A stretch of DNA of 63,645 nucleotides, filler included, from Sluysia triapertura (Eukaryota): the NCBI GenBank assembly GCA_046118255.1. It is 5 parts of 5 records of this genome, joined end to end, with 100 filler letters (N's around TTAATTAATTAA, not from the genome) between each part and the next. Parts side by side here need not be neighbours in the genome. Positions count along the whole stretch, not along the records: positions 1 to 16,532 come from JBJNIA010201707.1; positions 16,633 to 28,170 come from JBJNIA010183557.1; 3 more parts are not named here. One strand, given 5' to 3'. Below are positions 10,254 to 19,400 of this stretch, one piece after another. The stretch's first letter is position 1; every line of letters begins with the position of its first letter. The notes under the pieces were generated by a model. The model was given only the letters and a program-made list of their open reading frames with translations. It did no database searches and was not told where the DNA came from. The position numbers were made by a program, and so were the translations under genes.

Positions 10254-11837
10254 ATGAAAACAAAAATAATTAATTTTTTACTAGATAACAAGTGAAAAAT
10301 ATTTTGAAATATATTAGGAATCATTCTTTTATTCATAATCTTAGGCTTTATATTTAATGCCTTTAGATGAATATCATTAGACCATTTAAAGGGTTCGTTC
10401 ATAAAAGAGATTTACGCTCCCCTATTTGGTTGAGGTTTCTTAGCTGCTATTGTAATAGTTATTGGTGGTAACATCTACTTTTATTTTCATCCATCTAGAA
10501 ATAGATCTATAAAAGCTAAACCTCTTTTGAAAGTAAACATCTTAGAACACGATAAAGACGGTTATGTTGTTACAAGTAAAAAATCTAATGGCAAAATCAC
10601 TTCTGAAATCATTCAAGATACACATGCTTTAATTGTTGGTGGTACACGTAGTGGCAAAACGCAAGGAATTGCTCTTCCATCGATATTTATGAATATTCAT
10701 TCATCTAACCCACCAAGTTTGGTTATAACTGATCCTAAAGGGGAAATATACCAACAAATGAAAGGTTATTTAGCAAAAGAAAATTATAATATTCAATGTT
10801 TGAATTTAACAAATGATTCTACAGACCATGACATTTATTGAAATCCCTTAGAAAAGTTTTATTTAGAATTTAAAAAAGATAAGTCTAATGAAAATTTAAT
10901 GGACATTAGAACTGAAATCGAAGAATATTTAGAAAAAATATTAATCAAAGCAGAAAATGAAAAAGCATCTTTTTTTACCATTTCTGCTAATACATTAATT
11001 AACGATGTAATTATTGAATTCATGAAATTAAAAACAACGACCGTTAAAGATTTTAATATGTCAGCAATTTATAATATTTTTAAAAACGTTACAAATTTTA
11101 CTCAATTTGTTTATTCTCTGCCAGTAAATGAACAATATAAATTCAAAGAATATACTCAAGCCACAGGCCAATTTGACGGTATAAGAGGAACTGCCGCTCA
11201 AAGCTTGAAGTTTTTTTCTAAAGCTAGAATAGAAAAAATAACTTCTAAAAACACTTTAGAATTATCAAAATTTAGAGCCGATAAAAATGTTATCTTTATT
11301 ATCTTTAAAGAAGATGATGAAATTTCCCATTTTTTAGTTTCCGCTTTCATTGCCGAATTATATAAAGTTTTCCGTGAAGACAAAACTCATAGAAAAATAT
11401 ATTTGTTTTTAGATGAATTCGGTAATTTACCAATAATTAATAACTTTGAAAAAGCCTTATCATTGGGTGCTGGTTATGGAATTTACTTTTGTTTTGTATT
11501 GCAAACAATTTCCCAACTAAAACTTTACGCAAGTTTTAACTCTGGAAAAGAACAAATCATTTTAGATAATGTAAATTGTCTATTTTTACTAGATATCAAA
11601 AATAATAAAGATGCTGATTATTTTTCCAAACGTTTAAGAACCAAAAATATTACGGTTACATCATCAACAAGATCTGCTAAAGGAGATATTTCCACACACG
11701 AATCTTCTCGTGAAGTTGCAATTATCTCTAGCAACGATTTATTAAGTTTAGAAAAATGAGAATGTGTTGTTCAAACACCTAAATCATATCCAAGAAAAAT
11801 TAAACTTCTACCTTTCTATCAGTTTGATTTAAAATAA
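10254..11837 (+). CDS. virD4: VirD4/TraG type IV coupling protein (527 aa)
   Basis: 2 N-terminal TM; HALIVGGTRSGKTQ; TDPKGE; WNPL; LDEFGNL; LQTISQL. Confidence 0.93.
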
Positions 11838-11940
11838 TTTTTTAAAATTAAATAGTTAATAGTATAATTATTGTGTGTTCTTAAATATCACCAAACTTAT
11901 ATAAATATAAAAATATACATTTTGGAATAGTATCATTTTT

Positions 11941-11968
11941 AAAAAAACCCTTTTTTAAGGGTTTTTTT
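11941..11968. terminator. Bidirectional intrinsic terminator
   Basis: aaaaaaaccctt-tttt-aagggttttttt between convergent genes. Confidence 0.8.
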
Positions 11969-12053
11969 ATATTTATAGGTAAACATACTATGGTTTATAA
12001 GGAAGTGTCAAAAATAGTAAATAAAACCTATTTAAAAGGAAAAATTATTATCT

Positions 12054-12470
12054 TTAGTAATAATTTTTCCCCATTAGAAAGTTTTTGCCTTTCGAATTCA
12101 AATAATTTTCTTTGATAATTATTTGTTTTAAATAAATTAATCTATTGTTATGAACATTTAATTTTTTATATTCAATAGCCATGAAGATAAAACTAGTTAT
12201 AGCTAATACAAATAGTATAGCTAAAACTATTAAAGGAATATACAATGTGTTTAATGGATTATATGCTGTTATAAACATGTTTTGGTTAAACAGTACAGTA
12301 ACTAAAACTAAATACAAAACATTTGCAATTACAAATCTCTCAAAAATAAACATTCAAACATATTTAAATTTATATTTTTTAAATGGTTTAAGAATTCATT
12401 TAATTAGAAAAACTAAAGGAATAATAAGTAAAATTTTTACTACTATTCAAAATAAATAACCAGTACTCAT
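12054..12470 (-). CDS. Small multi-TM membrane protein (138 aa, code 4)
   Basis: AGGAG RBS. MSTGYLFWIVVKILLIIPLVFLIKW... extends track ORF 12054-12353 through TGAs; three hydrophobic segments. Confidence 0.7.
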
Positions 12471-12472
12471 AT

Positions 12473-12925
12473 CTACTCCTCCCTTCTTTTTTTCAAAAGC
12501 ATTTCTTTTTTCATTCGACGAATTTTAAATGCTCGTTCGATAAAGTTCATTTGAATTAAGTCGTTGAATTCATCTTTTAGTTTTTGATTTTCATCACCTA
12601 ATTTTTCATAAGTTAACAAATTTTGCTCTAGTAATTTTTTACTAGCTTCAATATTCAATCGTGTTTCACGTTCATCTTTTACCGCCTTTTCGGCTTTTTG
12701 AAGGTCAGCTTTAATTTGCTCTAATTCCTCTTTTAGAGATATAACTTGTGTATTAGTTGTAATAATTCTTTTTATAGGATTGGCCTCAATGTCCTTTTTA
12801 AAGATTAAATATTCTTTTTCCGTCATGGCCCCAACGATATTTAATTTTTTCTTTCTATCAACAACAGCCTTATCCGTTAAATGAAATTCCTCTGCTAAAT
12901 TTCTAATTGAATAATTTTTTTTCAT
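12473..12925 (-). CDS. N-terminal HTH + coiled-coil protein (candidate plasmid partition/regulatory protein)
   Basis: GAGGAG RBS; SIRNLAEEFHLTDKAV HTH followed by a long heptad coiled coil, an architecture like staphylococcal pSK1 Par. Confidence 0.6.
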   Translation of the reverse strand: MKKNYSIRNLAEEFHLTDKAVVDRKKKLNIVGAMTEKEYLIFKKDIEANPIKRIITTNTQVISLKEELEQIKADLQKAEKAVKDERETRLNIEASKKLLEQNLLTYEKLGDENQKLKDEFNDLIQMNFIERAFKIRRMKKEMLLKKRREE

Positions 12926-13121
12926 AATGTACTCCTCACAAATATATTATACTACATATGTTAATTAAGCATAATAGTATAACATCAAAGAAACCATTAT
13001 AAAATAAAGATTATTTTTATATATAGTCCTAAAAATGATATAGTAATACACCCACTATAGCACTATAGTAAAGTATATTTACAACCATATTTTTTTCTAC
13101 TAGAAATGGCGCCTAGCTAAT

Positions 13122-13149
13122 AAAAAATCTCAGAGTTTTTCTCTGAGAT
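13122..13149 (-). terminator. Terminator after the ssb-like gene
   Basis: atctcagag-ttttt-ctctgagat stem with a T run on the minus strand. Confidence 0.75.
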
Positions 13150-13175
13150 CTAAATTTAATGAAAATATAAATTAG

Positions 13176-13436
13176 TTAGATAAATGTTTCAAATCGCTCT
13201 GCAAACATATAATATTTATTATCTAATTCAAATATATAACCTTGAATTCCTAATAAACATCCTATATGTAATTCTTTAAAACCTTCAAGTTCTTTCTCTA
13301 GTAAAACTTTAATATCAGAATATTCTTTGAATTTAGCGATTTGATATCTAACTGTTAATAATTTATATTTTTCATTATTTAAATTTACGTAATCTATATC
13401 AAGTAAATTCCCAATTACGATGCAATCATTTAGCAT
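13176..13436 (-). CDS. ssb: Short SSB-like OB-fold protein (86 aa, no acidic tail)
   Basis: MLNxxxxIGNL start, GCLLGIQGYI and AERFETF patterns typical of SSB; AAGGAG RBS. Confidence 0.65.
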   Translation of the reverse strand: MLNDCIVIGNLLDIDYVNLNNEKYKLLTVRYQIAKFKEYSDIKVLLEKELEGFKELHIGCLLGIQGYIFELDNKYYMFAERFETFI

Positions 13437-13558
13437 ATTATTCTCCTTATAAACCTAATTTTTAGGTCCCTTTGAAATAAAATTGCCAGAGCAATTAAAA
13501 TAAAGGTAACTAAAAATTTATAAGAGAATAATCTAATGAATAGAGTAATTGGGAATTT
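13405..13558. promoter_or_regulatory. Long imperfect hairpin A overlapping the ssb RBS/start
   Basis: aaattcccaattac/gtaattgggaattt (14 bp perfect), attattctc.ttataaa/tttataagagaataat, apical aattgc-caga-gcaatt. Confidence 0.75.
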
Positions 13559-13666
13559 TTAGATATTTAATTATTAGCGCGCCATTTACTATTTAGCGAA
13601 AGCTAAATTCAGCAGCCTTTGTTTTTAATAATTTATTAACCTTTTTTCTCAGTGTTTAAAAAAATA

Positions 13667-13689
13667 AACCTGAGAAAAATCTCAGGGTT
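13667..13689 (-). terminator. Terminator after the 13703-14107 gene
   Basis: cctgaga-aaaa-tctcagg stem with a T-rich run on the minus strand. Confidence 0.65.
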
Positions 13690-13702
13690 AATTTATAAAT
13701 TA

Positions 13703-14107
13703 TTATGATTTAATAAGTGATTTTAAAGTTTCTTGAATTGCTAGTGCCTCTTGGTACTCTTCGCCAGTTAAATTTAAAACTGAAAAAGACAACAATTTCT
13801 CAAAAATAGTAATTTCTTTACCTTCAAAGATGCCTTCTTTTTTGATGATTTCAATTATTGCAATATTAACTTCGGCTATTGTTTTATGAATTGAATTTAA
13901 ATCAGCACCTAAGGCATCTTTTAATTTGTTAATGAAATCTACACCTTGATTAGGAGAAAGTTGTTCTTTTTCAACTAAGTTTTGAATTTTTTCGAAAGTA
14001 GCACGAGCACGATTAAGCAAATCATTTCTAAAATTATTCTTTTTAGAAATTTCAAATTCGAAACCTTTAATCACTTTCATTAAATCTTTATTTTCATCTA
14101 GTAACAT
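13703..14107 (-). CDS. Hypothetical helical protein (134 aa)
   Basis: AAGGA RBS, clean ORF, own terminator, upstream hairpin module shared with ssb. Confidence 0.7.
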   Translation of the reverse strand: MLLDENKDLMKVIKGFEFEISKKNNFRNDLLNRARATFEKIQNLVEKEQLSPNQGVDFINKLKDALGADLNSIHKTIAEVNIAIIEIIKKEGIFEGKEITIFEKLLSFSVLNLTGEEYQEALAIQETLKSLIKS

Positions 14108-14220
14108 ATTAATCCTTTTGACCTAATTTTTTAGGTCTCGCAGAGATAAAATTGCCAGAGCAATTAAAATAAGAGACCCTAAAAAATATTCAAGATTAAT
14201 ATGGCTACTGAAAATTAAAA
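14088..14220. promoter_or_regulatory. Long imperfect hairpin B overlapping the start of the 14107 gene
   Basis: catattaatc/gattaatatg, ttttttaggtctc/gagaccctaaaaaa, and the same 27-nt apical core as hairpin A. Confidence 0.75.
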
Positions 14221-14464
14221 TAAAAACAACTGCTGAAAAAGATTATAATAAAGATGTTTACTTTAAATTAATTTGGAGTAAATATTCTAGTAACATCAAA
14301 ATCACTTTTGATCAAAATTTAAGTAGCTGAAAAGCTACTTTTTTTGTATATCAAAACCACAAAAATAACCTAATTTGTTTATATATATTTATATATAAAT
14401 ATATATAACATTTTTTTCTTATCTCGTTTCCCTTTTTACTAGTATAATTAGAGAGTGAATCAAA

Positions 14465-16129
14465 ATGAAATATTTTCAATCTCAAATTTCCGCCCCTGAA
14501 ATCCCTTTCAAGTCTAATATTGAAGAGCAGCTTCAATCTCAGCTTGAAAATTTGGGCGAACGCGCCGCGAAAAAACGCGGCGAAAAAATTCCTGACGGAA
14601 TTTTTTTAAAGTTTAATAATCTTATAGAAAAAATTTTTGCGGTGTGTACTACTGAGATTCCGCCAGTGGCGCAATTGGGTTTGTTTACCTCAGGCAATGA
14701 AAATGAACTTAAAAATAAAATAGAAACTAAATTTAAAACTATCTTAAAACAAAATAATATTAAAAAATCTAATTACAAAATTAAAACAAAATTTAATAAA
14801 AAAGAAAACAAATATGAAACAATAGCTTACTGAAATAAAAATGCTAGTAACAAATCTAAAACAAATAGAATTCATATTAAATCAGAATTCAAAACTAGAA
14901 ATACTTTTTATAAATCAGAAAACGTTTCTAAATTACTAGCTAGTAAAGAAATTTTAAATAATCCACTATTAAAAATCACTAAAGAAAAAATATCTCTAGA
15001 AGATAATGTCTTAATAAGAGCAAAATTTGTAGACATAAATACAAAAAACTATAAATTTTACACATCATCTACTAAAGACGATAGCTATCTAGATTACATT
15101 TTAAGAAAACAAGCAATCTCTAAAGAAAATAATAATATAATTGAAATTCCAAACAGCACTGAAAAAGAAAATTATCTAGATTATATGGTCAATCGAACAA
15201 AAACTGAGGGCTGCTTTGATAAACATGGAAACTATTATGATTCCCAAAAATTGAAAAGCGAAAGCATTCAACTAGAAAAAAATTCTAAAAATGGTGTTTT
15301 TGTTTGAGATATAGTTATAAATTTTAAACAAGACTTTTCTAATGAATATGATCTATATGAACCAGATAAATATTTAAGAAAAATTATCGCTGAAGAAGTA
15401 ACTAACATTTATAAGAATTCAAATATAGATCCTAAAAATCTCCAAATGAAATTTGTCTTTCACACTAATACAGAAAATCCCCACTTTCATTGTTTCGTTA
15501 ATGAAATTAGACACTTAAATAAAAAAGCTAAACTACAAAATGATATGGGGGATATATTTATTCATGCCAAACAAAATATTATTTCAAGAATTATTAGTTG
15601 TGAAGAAAGAAATATTGAACTTAAAAATAAACCAAAAATAAACTATTATTATTCGGTAGCTTATAAAAAAACTCATAACCATGAAGTTGCATTAAAATAC
15701 TCAGAATTAAAAATTTATGAATTAAATTTAGATAAAGAATTAAATTTAAATTCTAAAAAAATAGAAATTTTAGGAAGTTATGAACAATTAAAAGCAGAAT
15801 ATTTAAAAACTTTAAAAAACAAAATCATCTTAGCTAAAGACGATGATATGCAAATTTGTTTTACAAAATTAAAACCTCAACAAAAACAAACTCTATCTCC
15901 TTTAGAAAGAAAACAAAAACAAATAAATGATTCCCTATATTTAGAGCTGATAAAAATGAGATCACTAAATGAAATGAAGGCCAACATTAAATTAACAAAA
16001 GAAATAATCAAACATAGTTATGATATTCAACACAACATCGATATCAATAAAACTTTATCTACTAAAAACCAACTATCAAAAACATCTAAAACTCATTCAA
16101 AAGAGAATGATTTAGATATTTCTTATTAG
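14465..16129 (+). CDS. mobL: MobL-family relaxase (up to 554 aa; true start uncertain)
   Basis: Continuous in code 4. YLDYILR, YLDYMVNR..EGCFD, VWDIVINF and FHTNTENPHFH (HxNTxNxHxH) are MOBL motifs. Confidence 0.85.
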
Positions 16130-16137
16130 GAGTAATT

Positions 16138-16532
16138 ATGGATGACGAATTAAAAAATTACAACAAGGCATGTGAATTTATATCTAAATATTTTTTAGAA
16201 AAAAATTCTCAACAAAAACTATCTCTAGCTATCAAAGCTATAAAATTCATAAGATCTAACTACGATGAAATTATGGATGAAGTTAGTTATCAAGAAAAAA
16301 ATTACAGTACTAAGTGAATTGATAAATTCTATAATGCAAAAATAGCTACAAATCAACAAACAAAACAAAAATATTTATCTTTTGCTGTTAAGTCTTTAAG
16401 TGGAACGCACATTTCACCTGAACAAAAAATAGCTAGAATAGATAAATTTATTAACCAAATAGATTCTATTGCTAAACAAAACAACATCTCTTATGAGACA
16501 AATGATAAAGCTCAATTTGTTAAATTTACAAA
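16138..16532 (+). CDS. 3'-truncated chimeric hypothetical protein
   Basis: AGGAG RBS. N-part is homologous to 508-849 (..YF..N..K....NY..I....KWIDKFY); last 77 bp are identical to 3134-3210 in the DnaG extension. Confidence 0.8.
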
Positions 16533-16632
16533 NNNNNNNNNNNNNNNNNNNNNNNNNNNNNNNNNNNNNNNNNNNNTTAATTAATTAANNNNNNNNNNNN
16601 NNNNNNNNNNNNNNNNNNNNNNNNNNNNNNNN
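16533..16632. other. Artificial contig linker
   Basis: N-run + TTAATTAATTAA + N-run, 100 nt. Confidence 0.99.
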
Positions 16633-17002
16633 TTTTCTTCCCATGGGGGGAGGGAGTAAAATTACCCCCCAGGTTGACTGACAAAGGTTAATCACGTATT
16701 TAGTTTTCTCTGAAAATTTAATTATTTAATTTACAACTCTTCGACAACGTTTATTTAATGAAATGAAATTAGATTATAATTTTTATTTCATACAATACTA
16801 AATAAATGAACACGTTAACACCAAGGATCAGATAAAACACTATAAGAAAATAAAAATCACAATTTAAAATTTAAAATTAAAATTGCATGCATAATATAAG
16901 CTTACCAAAACATGGGGATCATATAATGTTGAGTTGCTAATGATGAGTGAATAATTTGAATTTTTCAAAATTTCTAAAATGGCGCTTATGATTGAACTTA
17001 TA

Positions 17003-17170
17003 CTAGTTTATGTACTAGTCATCAGCCATGAGGAATCGATTGAATGTTCTGAAATGTTCTAGTTCATTCTAGAAGCTTCTTTCCTATTTTTAGAAAGAAA
17101 ATTTCTTTTTTCGAAAAATAAATTTCTTTTTTTGAAAATAATTTCCGTTTTGAAAAAATAAGATTATTGA
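17003..17170. repeat. Dispersed host repeat (related copy ~24396-24500)
   Basis: ctagttta(t/c)gtactagtcatc(a/g)gcca..ga..at.ga.t.aat.gt..tgaaa..ttctag shared between copies. Confidence 0.6.
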
Positions 17171-17635
17171 AATGATTTTAAAGATTGGTAATTTTAAATG
17201 ATTTAGAGGTTTGTGAAAGCAACCTAACGCTAATAAAATGATGGGATTGCTGGTCATAAATCCAATTATCTTTGTGCAATTATTAATTAATAAAATTGGT
17301 CGGCTTATAACCGACTTAAAAGAATAAGAAATTACTTCAAGTGATTACTTCCAAATTCTAATTATTAATCTCATCAGCAATTATCTAACTACTTTATAAT
17401 CAATCGATTTTTGTTAAATATTCAGACCACATAAGTAACAGAAAAGCGATTAAAGTAGTAAAAATGGTGCCTGAAGTTTAATCTTCAGTAACTGATTAAA
17501 TTCTATAGTGATATTTTAATTGCTATTGTTGTGGTTGGTTAATCCAAGTTTTGTTATATTTGTTTTGTTAAATATGGGCATTAACAATTTATGTGTTGTG
17601 TTGTAACTGAGAGTATGGAGACTATCTTATGATTA

Positions 17636-17685
<50 letters not shown>

Positions 17686-17701
17686 TAATAATAATAATAA
17701 T
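17636..17701. repeat. (AAT)n microsatellite
   Basis: Tandem aat run. Confidence 0.95.
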
Positions 17702-17924
17702 TCGATCAATTAAATAATCTTAGCTATCAATTAAAAAATTGTGTAAAAAATTTAAATTAAATAAATTAACCTAAAATGTAAAAATATCGTTTAAAATTTA
17801 AAATAATTGAAAATTACGCAAACCATATAATCTCCCCATTACAACAATGTATACTCCTAAAACACAAACAACGATCAAACTATCATCCGTAAAGAAACAG
17901 CAAACAGTAATTACACCGAGCATA

Positions 17925-18155
17925 AGAAAAATTACTGTTTCAGCCGATGACAGGGAAAAAGTAATCCAAAAACACTTGAAGGATATTCTACTAAGTCAAT
18001 CAGTTTAATGTTTGATAATCTGTACTAAACAGTGAATACAATAGTACAAAGATATTTAAAAACAGAGAAAATGTGGAGGTGATAGAAGATCTAAACTTAC
18101 GCTCAAAATGAAAGAGAAAATATTAACAAAAGTGGATCAAGAGTGGACATTGAGA
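17925..18155 (+). mobile_element. Decayed Tc1/IS630-like transposase N-terminal fragment
   Basis: DREKVIQKH/LEGYSTKSIS..TVNTIVQRYLKT..GGDRRSKLT..KEKIL, with frameshifts and stops. Confidence 0.5.
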
Positions 18156-19343
18156 AGGCCTTTTCTTTGTGAAACGAGGGGTTGCTAAAAATGAACGGTT
18201 GTGATGACAACCTAAAAGTTTATTATATGAACAATTATCATTTTCAAAATGAAATTATGTATATAATACATTAAATGATGACATCTGAAATATGTATTTT
18301 TGCTATATTTCTTTTGAAAACTATATTGTAATGTAATATTTTTTACACTTGATTATTTTAGTCAAATATTAGGATAAAAGTATTAGAAAATTTGTGACAT
18401 AATGTGCAATTATTAAAACACATTATGTTTTAACAAAGCATATTAATAAAAATAATTCAAATATGTATTATTTTAAAAATTTTAGTATACAACGCAAACC
18501 TTTGTTGAAATTTTACATTTCACTGACTTTTGTGTTTGATGTTACAATTATATTTAATTATTTAACTCACATGGGTTAATTGATAACTACCTTTGCGAAT
18601 AAGTATTAGCGGATCTAAGATAGGGTATTTCATTTGCTTTTTTTATTTCATTGTTTTAGTGTTATTAATACGGGTGTCAACGTTTTATATATTTAAGTTG
18701 ATATTAAAAGAATAATTAATTTTATTTATATATTAGAGGTGTACTCTTATAATTGTATAATTGTGAAATTTTAGAGAATATAACGAGATACCGAACCTTT
18801 TTTAGTTATTGGGTTATAATTTAAAAAAAAGTAAGAAAGACACAACAGTTTAATTTTAAAGAAAGAGTTATTAAGCTTTAGTAAAGAATAAGATTAAAGA
18901 CAATAAGTCTAAATTAAACACAAAATAAACGGACAATAAGTTTTTAATTTTAAATAATAAAATTCCATACTCATTAATATTATACAAATAATAAAGTTTT
19001 GTAAATTAAAATTAAAAAATCCAACCAAAAATGATAATTTTAATAATAAGTAACATGGATAAAAATGTATCTACCTCACAGCTATATGTTAATCACTAAT
19101 GACAAATGATATTAAATATAAAATTATAAATAAGTTTTATAAAATTAAATTGCTTTTACAAAAAATAAAATTAAGTTTTAAATAATAATAAAAATATTAA
19201 ATTATTATTTTTATTTTACTAATTGAATTTGTTTGTATAAATACATTTCTGTAATTAATTTAATTATATATTTAATATCATTTAATAAAACATTTATTGA
19301 ATTAATTTTTATTATTTTAATTTCCACAATAATAATAATAACA

Positions 19344-19382
<39 letters not shown>

Positions 19383-19400
19383 TATTATTATTATTATTAT
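19344..19400. repeat. (ATT)n microsatellite
   Basis: Tandem att run. Confidence 0.95.

Larger units (their letters stand above)
1..16532. mobile_element. Mollicute (genetic code 4) conjugative plasmid, near complete
   Basis: In-frame TGA occupies conserved Trp positions throughout (e.g. GLW-KSTDG repeats). Contains iterons + Rep_3, VirB4, VirD4, MobL relaxase and an SSB-like gene, with AGGAG-type RBSs and dense operons. No integrase or DDE transposase seen. Confidence 0.9.

Noticed and set aside
5308-14536. Antisense track ORFs (5308, 6352, 7293, 8571, 8796, 9225, 9444, 11198, 12181, 14351)
   Set aside because: Shadows of, or overlaps with, real genes on the opposite strand; no RBS or motifs.
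472-16129. Fragmented ORFs as pseudogenes of a decayed element
   Set aside because: The breaks are in-frame TGAs at Trp positions; the genes are intact in code 4.
16533-16632. Bacterial-eukaryote junction as horizontal gene transfer
   Set aside because: The junction is an artificial linker repeated four times in the window.
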